From NCBI GenBank assembly GCA_963718615.1, contig OY970368.1, forward strand, positions 640,001 to 704,000: DNA of 64,000 bases. The letters run 5' to 3'. Positions 11,335 through 21,751 of this stretch are shown here, piece after piece (positions within the stretch are counted from its first letter, which is position 1; every line of letters begins with the position of its first letter). The DNA is from an uncultured cyanobacterium (GTDB taxonomy: Bacteria; Cyanobacteriota; Cyanobacteriia; PCC-9006; JAAUQQ01). The notes below the pieces were generated by a model that did not search any database, was not told where the DNA came from, and was given only the letters and a program-made list of their open reading frames with translations. The translations under genes were made by a program, and so were the position numbers.

Positions 11335-12071
11335 GGCTGATTGACGCTGCGGTAATTGACGATGCGGGCAAAGCTTTCGGGCTTGAGGCTTGCGCCACCG
11401 ACCAGTGCCCCATCAATTTCGGATTGGGCCATGATTTCATCGACGTTGCCGGGATTGACGGACCCACCATACTGAATGGGCACATCGCCATGGGTGAGCT
11501 TGCTGCGAATGAGGCCAATGACGCGGTTGGCTTCCGCCGCTGCGCAGGTATCCCCCGTGCCGATCGCCCAGATCGGTTCGTAGGCAATCACCAGATTGGT
11601 TTGGTCCACTTCTTCAAGGCCAATCTTGAGCTGCTCAAAAATCACGGCTTCGGTGTCGCCGTCGTCGCGCTCTTCCTTGCTTTCACCCACACAGAGAATC
11701 GGGGTTAAACCGGCGTCCTGGGCCGCTTTGAGCCGCTGATTCACCGTATCGTCTGTTTCCCCAAAATACTGTCGCCGTTCGCTGTGTCCGACCACCACAT
11801 AGCGCACGCCAATTTCGCTCAGCATTGCCCCAGAGATTTCCCCAGTGAAGGCTCCCTCGCTGGCCCAATGAACATTCTGTGCACCTACCCTGACTCGGCT
11901 GCCGTGGAGGCTCTTGGAGAGTACCGCCAAATCCGTAAACGGCACACAGAGAATCACCTCGCGATCGTCTGGGGTTGTTTCCAAAGTAGGCAGAAACCCA
12001 TGGAGAAACTCGGTCGTTTCCGCCTGGGTCTTGTACATTTTCCAGTTGCCAGCGATGACGATTTTGCGCAC
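11331..12071 (-). CDS. tpiA: Triose-phosphate isomerase
   Basis: [30 protein letters not shown]. Confidence 0.99.
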   Translation of the reverse strand: MRKIVIAGNWKMYKTQAETTEFLHGFLPTLETTPDDREVILCVPFTDLAVLSKSLHGSRVRVGAQNVHWASEGAFTGEISGAMLSEIGVRYVVVGHSERRQYFGETDDTVNQRLKAAQDAGLTPILCVGESKEERDDGDTEAVIFEQLKIGLEEVDQTNLVIAYEPIWAIGTGDTCAAAEANRVIGLIRSKLTHGDVPIQYGGSVNPGNVDEIMAQSEIDGALVGGASLKPESFARIVNYRSVNQP

Positions 12072-12115
12072 AGCTCTTGCGTAGTTTCAAAAGGGCAATG
12101 TTCAGTTTAGACCGA

Positions 12116-12415
12116 TTAGGCCTCTACCGTGAACGTGTAGCCGCTAAAGGTGACGCGATCGCCTACCTCTAGTTTCCGCCCCCGCCGGGTTTCGATTTCT
12201 CCATTCACCTGGACTTGGCCAGTTTGAATGGCCCCCTTGGCTTCTCCGCCGCTACCGACGAGGTTTTTGAGCTTGAGGAACTGATCCAGTTTGATTTTGG
12301 GGCGATCGCCCACCGCTGGCTCAAGGGTCCCTTGGACCCCTGGCAAGGTAGAGGGAATTTCGTCTAGTGGTTCGTCTAGTGGTTTGTCGAAAGGTTCGTC
12401 GAGATGCTCGTTCAT
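12116..12415 (-). CDS. S4-domain RNA-binding protein (YaaA/YbcJ family)
   Basis: IKLDQFLK...SGGEAK...VNGEIETRRGRKL. Confidence 0.9.
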   Translation of the reverse strand: MNEHLDEPFDKPLDEPLDEIPSTLPGVQGTLEPAVGDRPKIKLDQFLKLKNLVGSGGEAKGAIQTGQVQVNGEIETRRGRKLEVGDRVTFSGYTFTVEA

Positions 12416-12487
12416 GGGAGTCCTGGACTGATACCCGTGAAGGAAGAAACTTGGGGTCAGTCCTTACGATCCTAAGGGCAAATCAGG

Positions 12488-12862
12488 TCACCCATTCAAA
12501 ACATCTTTTTTGTGCTGGGGAGCCGCCGCGATCGCCGCCACTTCAGCCAAGAGTGCCTCCGAAACCCCCATTGCTTTGAGCGTGATCATCAAATTTTCCG
12601 CAACCGCATCAAAATGCTCGCTGTTTAAGCCTTGCTGTTCGACCAATTCTTTATGAGCTTCACGCATATAGCGACCGTCGTATTTATCTGTCCCCCCAAA
12701 GGCATAGGTCAGAAACGCTTTTTGGTGCGCCCGCTGCTTGACCATATCGGTATTTGCAAAAAAGTGATTGATACGCTCGTCTTGCAAGACCCGCTCATAA
12801 AACTGATCAACGGCTAAATCAACGGCTGCCGCACCACCCAATCGATCAAATAAAGTCGCCAT
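12488..12862 (-). CDS. glbN: Group 1 truncated hemoglobin (cyanoglobin)
   Basis: LFDRLGG...QRAHQKAFLTYAFGG...MREAHKEL...HKKDVLN, closely resembling Synechocystis GlbN. Confidence 0.93.
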   Translation of the reverse strand: MATLFDRLGGAAAVDLAVDQFYERVLQDERINHFFANTDMVKQRAHQKAFLTYAFGGTDKYDGRYMREAHKELVEQQGLNSEHFDAVAENLMITLKAMGVSEALLAEVAAIAAAPQHKKDVLNG

Positions 12863-12978
12863 AGTTTTCTTAAATGCTATTCAAACGCTTCGGAATCGGT
12901 TTACACTCGGGGGCCGGTTTGACCAGCCCCCGCAGAGCCGATGTCTATTAGATTTAGAACACTTCCCGCGATAATGCT

Positions 12979-12992
12979 TTGACTTAAGTCAA
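12979..12992. promoter_or_regulatory. Perfect 14-bp palindrome TTGACTTAAGTCAA resembling an FNR/CRP-family box
   Basis: TTGAC-N4-GTCAA compared with FNR consensus TTGAT-N4-ATCAA; lies between divergent glbN and ABC genes. Confidence 0.35.
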
Positions 12993-13008
12993 GTCTGGTC
13001 AATCATCC

Positions 13009-14892
13009 TTGTCTGACAGGGATCCTTCAAATCCAAACCCTGAAGCCCAGTTCCCTGAAGCCCAGTTCCCTGAAGCCCAATCGACTCCTGACGCAATACA
13101 CCAGGCGTCTGGAACAATGGAGCTGAGGATTGACCAACATTCTATGAAAAAACACCGGGTGTCCCCCACTGACCGCTCCAGCTATTGGCAACTGCTTCCC
13201 TTCCTGCGCCCCCAAACCGGGACGATTGTCAGGGCGCTGCTGTGTACGCTGGTGTTTATTGCCTTTTGGCCATTGCTGGCGCGATTGGCGGGAACGGCGG
13301 CAGAGTATTTGAGCAAGGGACAGGTGCGGGCAATGGCGCGACTGTCGGCACTGCTGGCCGTTGCCTTTTTGGTCCATAAAACCGCCCAATATGGTCAAGA
13401 TTCGCTAATGGCACGGGCTGCCCTCAAGATTGCGCTGGATCTGCGGCGGGCAGTCTATGTTCATCTGCAAAAGCTAGATCTGGGCTATTTTGAATCGGCT
13501 AAAACCGGTGACCTCACCTATCGGCTGACAGAAGATGTCGATCGCGTGGGGGAGGTGATCAAAAAGATCTTCCATGACTTTGTCCCCTGTGTCTTACAGC
13601 TCATTGTTGTGTTGATCTATATGGTCTATCTTAACTGGCAACTGACGCTGGCGACGTTTATCATTGCGCCACTGATGGCCGTGTTGGTGGGATGGTTTGG
13701 GGAGTTGCTCCTGAAGTTTTCGCGCCGCAGCCAAAACCGTATTTCAGATTTATCTTCGCTGCTGACCGAGGTGTTTTCGGGCATTCGGCTCATCCGGGCT
13801 TTTGCGGCGGAGGAATATGAGATCGATCGCTTTGCCCGCATTGCCGAACAAAACCGCCAAGCCAACTATTCCGCCGCCTGGTTGCAAGCTATCCAGCATC
13901 CGATCATTGGTTTTCTCTATGCCATGAGTTTGTTGCTGTTGCTACTGCTGGGAACCTGGCAGATTTCGGAGCGTAATCTCACCGGGAGTCAGTTTGTCAG
14001 CTATATTGCGGCGGTGATTATGCTGGTGGATCCGATCGCCCACCTCACCGAAAACTACAACACGTTCAAACAGGCCGAAGCCTCCGTGGATCGGGTGTTT
14101 GAAATTATGAATGTACAACCGGCGGTACTAGAGCGCCCCGAGGCCAAGCGACTGCCCACCGTCAGCGGCAAGGTTGAATTTAAGCAGGTAAGTTTTGCCT
14201 ATCAGCCGGAGCAGCCAGTCTTGCGGGAGATTGGGCTGTTGGCATTTCCGGGGGAGGCGATCGCCCTCGTCGGTGCCTCCGGCGCGGGCAAAACCACGCT
14301 GGTCAACCTCATTCCCCGCTTCTACGACCCCCAAGGGGGCCAAATTCTCATTGATGGCGTGGATATTCGCGATGTCACGCTGCGCAGCCTCCGCCGCCAG
14401 ATCGGCATTGTCCCCCAGGAGACGATTTTGTTCTCGGGGACCGTGGCGCAAAATATTGCCTTTGGTCAGCGGGAAATTGACCTAGAGGCCGTCCAGGAAG
14501 CGGCCAAGGTGGCCAATGCCCATCAGTTTATTCAGCAACTGTCTGACGGGTATCACACTTGGGTGGGCGAGCGGGGGGTGAATTTATCGGGGGGACAACG
14601 GCAGCGCATTGCGATCGCCCGCGCCGTCCTGCTCAACCCTCGGATTTTGATTTTAGATGAAGCCACATCAGCCTTGGATTCGGAGTCGGAAGCTTTAGTG
14701 CAAGAAGCCCTGGAACGACTGATGAAAAACCGCACGGTGTTTATTATTGCCCATCGGTTGGCAACGGTACGTCGAGCCGATCGCATTCTCGTGGTCGAAA
14801 AAGGGCAACTGGTCGAATCTGGAACCCACGAGGAATTGCTGGAGCAAGGCGGGCGTTATGCGGGGTACTATGCACAGCAGTTCAGTGCTTAG
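13009..14892 (+). CDS. ABC transporter, fused permease/ATPase (MsbA-like exporter)
   Basis: Transmembrane domain plus GASGAGKT, LSGGQRQR, ILDEATSALD; start uncertain. Confidence 0.92.
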   Translation: MSDRDPSNPNPEAQFPEAQFPEAQSTPDAIHQASGTMELRIDQHSMKKHRVSPTDRSSYWQLLPFLRPQTGTIVRALLCTLVFIAFWPLLARLAGTAAEYLSKGQVRAMARLSALLAVAFLVHKTAQYGQDSLMARAALKIALDLRRAVYVHLQKLDLGYFESAKTGDLTYRLTEDVDRVGEVIKKIFHDFVPCVLQLIVVLIYMVYLNWQLTLATFIIAPLMAVLVGWFGELLLKFSRRSQNRISDLSSLLTEVFSGIRLIRAFAAEEYEIDRFARIAEQNRQANYSAAWLQAIQHPIIGFLYAMSLLLLLLLGTWQISERNLTGSQFVSYIAAVIMLVDPIAHLTENYNTFKQAEASVDRVFEIMNVQPAVLERPEAKRLPTVSGKVEFKQVSFAYQPEQPVLREIGLLAFPGEAIALVGASGAGKTTLVNLIPRFYDPQGGQILIDGVDIRDVTLRSLRRQIGIVPQETILFSGTVAQNIAFGQREIDLEAVQEAAKVANAHQFIQQLSDGYHTWVGERGVNLSGGQRQRIAIARAVLLNPRILILDEATSALDSESEALVQEALERLMKNRTVFIIAHRLATVRRADRILVVEKGQLVESGTHEELLEQGGRYAGYYAQQFSA

Positions 14893-15024
14893 TTTTCTCT
14901 CTTTTCTTAAGGTAAGATTTCAAACACTCTCAAGTGTTCCCCTGTCTCTCCATGGCGCAACGCAACCTGTACTGATCAGCCAGGGTATCGCTGTTTTATT
15001 CCCTTAGCTCTCAAGTTAAAAACT

Positions 15025-16131
15025 GTGGCACTCAAGAAATCCGAACTCTATAGCTCGCTTTGGGCAAGCTGCGACGAACTCCGGGGCGGCATGGATGCCA
15101 GCCAGTACAAGGATTATGTGCTGGTTCGGAATTTGATTCAGCGGGGCTATCTCAAGGGGATTATTGGGTTGCCTGCGAACTTGTTTTATGGGACAGGGAT
15201 TCCGGCTTGCATTGTGGTGATTGATAAAGCGAATGCTGGGCAGCGGGATGGCATTTTCATGATTGATGCCAGTGCGGGGTTCATGAAGGATGGCAATAAA
15301 AATCGGTTGGGGGATCGGGATATTCACAAGATTGTGGATGTGTTTACGAATCAGTTAGAAATTGCTGGATACTCGCGGATGGTGCCGCTGGAAGAGATTG
15401 AGCGCTATGACGTGTATCAGCATCTGATGGATTACTGGGCTGAGGTGATGCAGGATGATTGCTATTTGATTGCGGCGGAGGGTTGGCAGGCGCAGACGTA
15501 TCGGATGATTGAGGTGAACAAAAAGGGGAAGGAGGTGGATAAGGGTTGGGCCTGTGATTTGGTGCCGAAGGCGCTGATTGTGGCGCGGTATTTTGCGGCG
15601 GAGCAGGGGGAAATTGCGACGCAGCAGGCGGAACTGGAGGGGGCGAACGCTCAGATGGCGGAGCTAGAAGAGGAGCAGGTTGGGGAAGAGGGGGCTTTTG
15701 CGGAGCTGGAGAAGGTGAATGGGGCGGCGGTCAAGGCGCGGTTGAAGGAGGCGAAGGCTTCTATGGGGAGCGATCCAGGGTTGAAGGCGGAGGTGCAGGT
15801 TTTGCAGGAATGGGTGAAGTTGTCTGATCGACAGACGAAGCTGAAGAAGGCGGTGAAGGAGGCGGAGGATGAGCTGGATCGGTTGGCCTATGGGAAGTAT
15901 CCTGAGCTGACGGTGGAGGAGATTCAGCGGTTGGTGGTGGAGGATAAGTGGTTGGCGCGGATTGGGGCGGAGATTGCGGGGGAGATGGAGCGGGTGAGTC
16001 AGGGGCTGGCGGCGCGGGTGAAGGTTTTGGCGGGGCGGTATGGGGTGGCGTTGCCGGAGCTGACGCAGCGGGTGGTGGCGCTGGAGGCCAGGGTGGCGGG
16101 GCATTTGGCGAAGATGGGGTTCGGAATGTGA
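15025..16131 (+). pseudogene. hsdM: Type I R-M methyltransferase HsdM remnant with in-frame internal deletions
   Basis: N-terminus MALKKSELYSSLWASCDELRGGMDASQYKDYVLV joined directly to GIIGLPANLFYGTGIPAC; no DPxCGSG or NPPF/Y motif. Confidence 0.85.
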
Positions 16132-16406
16132 ATCGTTATAAGCTAAACTTATGTGTAAAGTCAGGGTTGTGTCTGCAAAAGTGGATTTAGTGTACATAAG
16201 ACAATCTTATGTATGAATATTGCTAATTCTCGTTCATATGGCGGCGCGATCTGAAGCAGCTGTTTAGGCCAAGGTGGCTGATGCATAAGTTTTCCTGCTG
16301 TCTGCTCAAGGTGTGGGCGCTCACTCTCTCGGTAGCGTTTCGCTTTTAAGGTTTACACTAGGGTTCATTCTTATTAACGAAAAGAGCGGCTTATTGATAA
16401 TATAGA

Positions 16407-17591
16407 TTGGCGAACTATTCAGTATTAACGGAACCGATAATAGTGGTGAAGACTTCTAGATCTGGTCAATACGTGCGGCAGATCGAGGGTTATGGGGCGT
16501 TTATCCCGAATGATCTGCCACCGATTCCTGAGATTGCGATCGATCAGGAGATGTGGAATCTGCTATCACAGGCAGATCGGGCTTTGGGGCGTTTAGATGG
16601 TTCGACGGATGCACTACCCAATCCGGATTTGTTCGTGTTTATGTATGTCCGAAAGGAAGCTGTGCTGTCTAGTCAGATTGAGGGCACACAGGCGTCATTG
16701 ATTGATGTTTTGGAATTTGAATCTCAGGCATTGGAACCAGATAACCCTCAGGATGTTGAGGAGGTTGTTAATTATATTACGGCGATTAATCATGGGTTAG
16801 AACGGCTTCAGACAATGCCTGTCTCTTTACGGTTGATTCGCGAGATTCACCAAGCGTTGATGAAGGGTGTGAGGGGTGCTGAGCGCAGTCCAGGGGAGTT
16901 TCGACGCTCCCAGAATTGGATTGGGCCAGGGGGTTGTACGTTGGCTAGTGCGACATATGTGCCGCCGCCGCCCCATGAGATGCTGCGGGCTTTGGATAAC
17001 TTGGAGCGGTTTTTGCATAGTCCGCAGCCAATGCCGACGCTGATCAAAGTGGGATTGGCCCATGCCCAGTTTGAAACGATTCACCCTTTCTTGGATGGGA
17101 ATGGCAGGACGGGGCGGCTGTTGATTACGTTCTTACTGTGTGAACAAAATATTTTGCAACGACCCCTGCTGTATATCTCATATTATTTCAAACTGTACCG
17201 GGCTAAATATTATGATCGACTACAGGCCGTTCGCGATCGCGGGGACTGGGAAGGATGGTTGAAGTTCTTTCTGCGTGGCGTTTATGAGGTGGCCCAGGAG
17301 GCAGCGCTGACCGCGCGACAAATCGTCAATTTGAAAGAGGAGCATCGTCAATTGGTGCTGAGTCGAATGGGACGGAAAGCGGGGAATTCGATCGCGGTGC
17401 TTGAGAGTCTTTATTTCAAGCCGATTTTTACAGTTGAACATGTTGCGAATATTACGAATCTCTCGTATCCAAATGCGAATGCCTTGATTAAGCAGTTGAT
17501 TGATATTGGTTTGTTTCAGGAGATTACCGGGCAGAAGCGCAATCGGGCATTTTCCTATGCGCCTTATTTAGCGGTTTTTCAGGATAATTAG
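16407..17591 (+). CDS. Fic-family protein
   Basis: Canonical HPFLDGNGRTGR motif and N-terminal SSQIEGT autoinhibitory-type motif; start may be GTG near 16443. Confidence 0.92.
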   Translation: MANYSVLTEPIIVVKTSRSGQYVRQIEGYGAFIPNDLPPIPEIAIDQEMWNLLSQADRALGRLDGSTDALPNPDLFVFMYVRKEAVLSSQIEGTQASLIDVLEFESQALEPDNPQDVEEVVNYITAINHGLERLQTMPVSLRLIREIHQALMKGVRGAERSPGEFRRSQNWIGPGGCTLASATYVPPPPHEMLRALDNLERFLHSPQPMPTLIKVGLAHAQFETIHPFLDGNGRTGRLLITFLLCEQNILQRPLLYISYYFKLYRAKYYDRLQAVRDRGDWEGWLKFFLRGVYEVAQEAALTARQIVNLKEEHRQLVLSRMGRKAGNSIAVLESLYFKPIFTVEHVANITNLSYPNANALIKQLIDIGLFQEITGQKRNRAFSYAPYLAVFQDN

Positions 17592-17604
17592 AGGAGGAGT
17601 TGGT

Positions 17605-17703
17605 ATGAGGAATTTTAATCTGCGGCATTATGCCGATCGATATCGACTATTTTTTGCTACCAGTGCGGCGGCGTTTTCGTGGATTTTGGAGGGTGAGGGG
17701 TGA
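17605..17703 (+). other. 32-aa mini-ORF (MRNFNLRHYADRYRLFFATSAAAFSWILEGEG), probably a gene remnant
   Basis: Strong GAGGAG Shine-Dalgarno upstream; stop overlaps the hsdS start (GTGA). Confidence 0.4.
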
Positions 17704-18547
17704 GTAGTCAGAAGGTGCCGAAGGGGTATAAGCAGACTGAGGTTGGGGTGATTCCTGAGGATTGGGAGGTTACTAAAGTAAGTGGAATCGCATCACCTGT
17801 AAAAAATGCTATCGTTGGTGGCCCATTTGGCTCAGATCTCGTTTCTAGCGACTACGTTGAAGAGGGGATTCCCGTCATTCGTGGGCAAAATATGGGTGAG
17901 CGATATATCTCGGGAAATTTTGTATTTGTAACTCAAGAGAAAGCTAAATCATTAGAATCTAACCTCGCTCAATCAGAGGATTTATTGTTTACACAACGAG
18001 GAACCCTTGGTCAGGTGAGCCTTGTTCCTGCTAATTCATTTCCGCGCTACTTGATATCGCAAAGTCAAATGAAGCTCACGGTCAGCAGAAGGATAGCTGA
18101 TCCGCTCTTTTTTTATTATGTTTTCAGTTCTTCTGCGCAGCAAAAATATGTTCAACTAAATACTATTCAGACAGGAGTTCCACACGTTAATCTCGGGATT
18201 CTTCGAAGCACTCCTGTACAATTGCCTCAGATCGCCGAGCAAGAAGCCATCGCCCAAGCCCTCAGCGACACCGATGCCCTGCTCGAATCCCTAGAGCAAC
18301 TCCTCGCCAAAAAGCGCCAGATTAAGCAAGGGGCGATGCAGGAGCTGCTGACTCCTCAGGCAAGCTGGAAAGATGAAAAATTAAAAGAAGTTGCACCTTT
18401 ACAAAGAGGATTTGATCTCCCTAACAGTCAATTGAAGCAGGGTCTATATCCTGTTGTATATTCTAATGGAATTCAAAATCATCATAGTCAATTTATGGTT
18501 AAGGCACCTGGTGTTGTTACGGGACGTTCTGGAACACTAGGCGTTAT
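17700..18547 (+). pseudogene. hsdS: Type I R-M specificity subunit HsdS truncated in TRD2 by IS1
   Basis: VPKGYKQTEVGVIPEDWEV, TRD1, EQEAIAQALSD...KKRQIKQGAMQELLT, then the start of TRD2 cut at the IS end. Confidence 0.9.
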
Positions 18548-19452
18548 GGTAGTGCTTTTATGTAAAGGATAAAGAAAAACAGAGTGAAGCAGTTGTAGTC
18601 AATAGGAGCTGAAGATAAAGGGAAAGAAGGGAAAACTGTTGTAGAAACGAGGAGCGGTTGTAGGAGAAAGGAAAAGATGACCATAGAACGTACTTGCCCG
18701 ACCTGTGGCTCCCACGACATTTCCAAGAACGGCACAACCCGCCGAGGCAAACAAAACTACAAATGCCGAGACTGCAACCGACAGTTTGTCGAAGACCCCC
18801 AGTGGAAGCCGAAAGACAAAGACACCCAGAGTTTGATAGACCTGCTGCTGCTAGAGAAAATTCCCCTGGCAGGGATTGCTAGAGCAACGGGCGTTTCGAG
18901 TAGCTGGCTGCAAGATTACGTCAATGAACACTATAAGGCGGTGCCCCAAAAGGCAGAGGTACTGCCCAAAGCGAAAGGAAGGCTGAGGGTGCAAATGGAT
19001 GAGCTATGGTCCTTTGTGGACCATAAGGGCAACAAGCAATGGGTCTGGATAGCTTTGGATGCGAACACCCGAGAGGTGATTGGCTGCCACATCGGCGACC
19101 GCTCCCGAGCATCAGCCGTGGCGTTATGGCAATCCTTACCGTCGGTGTATCGGCAATGCGCCACGGTCTATACGGATTTTTGGGAAGCCTACGAGAGTGT
19201 GATTCCAGCGCAGCGTCATCGTGCCGTCAGCAAAGACAGTGGGTTGACGAGCTACATCGAAAGGTTCAACAACACCCTGAGGCAGAGGGTTTCGCGCCTA
19301 GTGAGAAAAACCTTGTCTTTCTCCAAGAAGCTGGACAACCATATCGGTGCAATTTGGAATTTCATTCATGAGTACAACCGTCTAATCAGAGAAAAGATGC
19401 TGAACAACCAGCCCAGTGCTATTTTCTCCATCCTTTACTAAAGGGGACTACC
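18548..19452 (+). mobile_element. IS1-family insertion sequence, about 905 bp, no target-site duplication
   Basis: Imperfect 23-bp terminal inverted repeats GGTAGTGCTTTTATGTAAAGGAT and (reverse complement) GGTAGTCCCCTTTAGTAAAGGAT; the two flanks do not match. Confidence 0.88.
18677..19441 (+). CDS. IS1-family transposase (single-ORF InsAB)
   Basis: CPTC...CRDC zinc ribbon, QMDELWSFV, YTDFWEAY, IERFNNTLRQR. Confidence 0.92.
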   Translation: MTIERTCPTCGSHDISKNGTTRRGKQNYKCRDCNRQFVEDPQWKPKDKDTQSLIDLLLLEKIPLAGIARATGVSSSWLQDYVNEHYKAVPQKAEVLPKAKGRLRVQMDELWSFVDHKGNKQWVWIALDANTREVIGCHIGDRSRASAVALWQSLPSVYRQCATVYTDFWEAYESVIPAQRHRAVSKDSGLTSYIERFNNTLRQRVSRLVRKTLSFSKKLDNHIGAIWNFIHEYNRLIREKMLNNQPSAIFSILY

Positions 19453-20059
19453 CCGTAATGCAGATATCCAAAGATACTTGGGGAATCATCCTCAAGACAT
19501 CGGGCAACGGTTGAGGCAACTCACAGCCTCAGGCTGGTTGAACAAAGATGGTCATGGCAGAGGTACGAGATACCGCCTGTGCAAGGTGAACTCCTCTCCT
19601 GCCAAGGCTTTCTCTCCTGGATCAACTTCTAGCTCCGAGCATTTGCCCTCAAGCTCCGAGCATTTGCCCTCAAGCTCCGAGCATTTGCCCTCAAGCTCCG
19701 AGCATTTGCCCTCAAGCTCCGAGCATTTGCCCTCAAGCTCCGAGCATTTGCCCTCTCATGATGCAGTCATGCTTTCTTCAGAGATAAGTCATCCAGAAGC
19801 TGAGACCGTTGCTCGGCTTCTGGAAATAGCTGCCCCCATTCGTAATACGCGCAAAATCAATAAAACAATCATGGAGAATGCAATATTGGCACTATGCGAG
19901 GATAAGTGGCTAACATTACGCACCCTTACAGAGCTACTGAATCGTCATTCAGACACCTTAAGAACGCACTATATCAATTCCATGCTGAAGGATGGTCGTC
20001 TAGAAGCTCGTGTTCCTGGTAGCCCCAATCACCCGGCGCAGGCTTATCGCAAAAAATAG
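19453..20059 (+). pseudogene. 5'-truncated C-terminal part of a winged-HTH protein (resembles the tail of AlbA_2/RecG-C-type ATP-binding proteins)
   Basis: Frame is open from the IS end; GWLNKDGHGRGTRY and PGSPNHPAQAYR motifs; family assignment from memory. Confidence 0.6.
19631..19755 (+). repeat. Six tandem copies of 21-bp AGCTCCGAGCATTTGCCCTCA (SSEHLPS)
   Basis: Units start at 19631, 19652, 19673, 19694, 19715 and 19736; identical except the final base of the last copy. Confidence 0.97.
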
Positions 20060-20060
20060 G

Positions 20061-20155
20061 AAAATCGCCACCATCCTCTCCGACATGGACAGCGAAATCG
20101 CCAGCCCCGAAACCAAACTCGCCAAGCCCCACTCAAACAAGGCATGATGCACCTC
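20061..20155 (+). pseudogene. Orphan 3' conserved end of an hsdS gene
   Basis: Translates KIATILSDMDSEIASPETKLAKP, then after a frameshift LKQGMMH, matching the HsdS C-terminal helix. Confidence 0.75.
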
Positions 20156-20185
20156 GTTTTGCCGTTAAGTCGCTGTGTCCATTTA

Positions 20186-20212
20186 AATTCGCCAGACAGT
20201 GCCTGGCGAATT
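20186..20212. other. Perfect 10-bp stem hairpin upstream of the hsdR remnant
   Basis: AATTCGCCAG-acagtgc-CTGGCGAATT. Confidence 0.45.
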
Positions 20213-20271
20213 CCCAAAATTCCCCCATAATAAGACTCACGGCCAAAAGCTCCCCCTCCCCCCGCCCCGCC

Positions 20272-21606
20272 ATGAGCAACATCGGACACTCCGAACGCGT
20301 CACCCAAAACCGTGTGATCACCCTCTTCAAAGATCAACTCGGCTACGACTACCTCGGCAACTGGCAAGATCGCCCCAAAACCACAGGCCAGCCCAACAGC
20401 AACATCGAAGCAATCGACCTCACCCGCCACCTCACCGCCCAAGGCTACAGCCCCGCCCAAATCAGCCAAGCCCTCTACCAACTCCGCACCGAAGCCGACA
20501 AACCCACCCGCAGCCTCTACGACAACAACAAAGCCGTATACAGCCTCCTCTACTACGGCATCCAAATCAAAACCAGCGCCAGCGAACCCACCGAAACCCT
20601 CCAACTAATCAACTGGCAAAACCCCGAACAAAACCACTTCGCGATCGCCGAAGAAGTCACCCTCCAAGGCCAAAAAGAAAAACGCCCCGACCTCGTTTTG
20701 TATCTAAACGGCATCGCGATCGCCCTCATCGAACTCAAAAACAGCCGCGAAGACATCGGCAAAGGCATCCGCCAAAGCCTCACCAACCAACAACCCGAAT
20801 TCATCGGCGCATTCTTCAGCACCATCCAACTGATCTTCGCCGGAAACGATTCCGAAGGACTGCGCTACGGCACCATCGGCACCCCCGAAAAATACTTCCT
20901 CACCTGGAAAGAAGACGAAACCGAAAACAGCACCTACAAACTCGACAAATACCTGCTCAAACTCTGCGAACCACACCGCCTCCTCGACCTCATCCAAAAC
21001 TTCATCCTCTTCGACGCTGGCGTCAAAAAACTCTCCCGCTGCCACCAATACTTCGGAGTCAAAGCCGCCCAGAAACATATCCGCAACCACGAAGGCGGCA
21101 TCATCTGGCACACCACCCAAAGCGGCAAACTCCACCGCACCATGAAAGCCCTCATGCCCAAAGCCACCTTCATCGGTTTCACCGGCACCCCCCTACTCAA
21201 AAAAGACGCCCAAACCAGCCTCGAAGTCTTCGGCAAATACATCCACACCTACAAATTCAGCGAAGCCGTCGAAGACAACATCGTCCTCGACCTGATCTAC
21301 GAAGCCCGTGACATCGACCAAACCCTCGGCTCCGAAACCAAAATCGACGCCTGGTTCGACGCCAAAACCCAAGGACTCAACGACTGGCAAAAAGCCACCC
21401 TACGGGAAAAATGGGGCACCCTGCAAACCGTCCTCAGCCTCGACGGTGAGGACAAAGACTTCGGCTACATCGTCGATTACAAAGACCTGTTCAAAAAAGT
21501 CGAAAACGCGATCGCCGTCTACACCGCTCATTATCTTCATGGATCAATTTATGCCTGCTTGGCGGTTTTACCGAGAAACTCTCGATCAACTGCCTATATG
21601 ACATGA
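20272..21606 (+). pseudogene. hsdR: Type I R-M restriction subunit HsdR remnant with in-frame internal deletions and 3' truncation
   Basis: RPDLVLYLNGIAIALIELK nuclease motif; GIIWHT joined to TQSGKLH (Walker A/DEAH region lost); 444 aa versus roughly 1000 for full HsdR. Confidence 0.85.
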
Positions 21607-21751
21607 AACATGGCTACATTAAGGGGCATAATACGGGCACAGAACGCGTAAGAAACAGCCATTTCAGTTCCTAGAGGACTAAAGAATCGGAACGTTTGCG
21701 ATCGCCCCTGGGAACCTTAAAACCATCCATCCTGCTTTACAGGGAACTACC

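Noticed and set aside
19631-19755. Possible CRISPR array
   Set aside because: Head-to-tail repeats with no spacers, in frame within a coding remnant, and no cas genes nearby
20044-21390. Long alternative-frame and antisense ORFs (also 15664-16197, 50993-51859, 57008-57760)
   Set aside because: Low-complexity translations expected from the extreme codon skew of the real hsd frames
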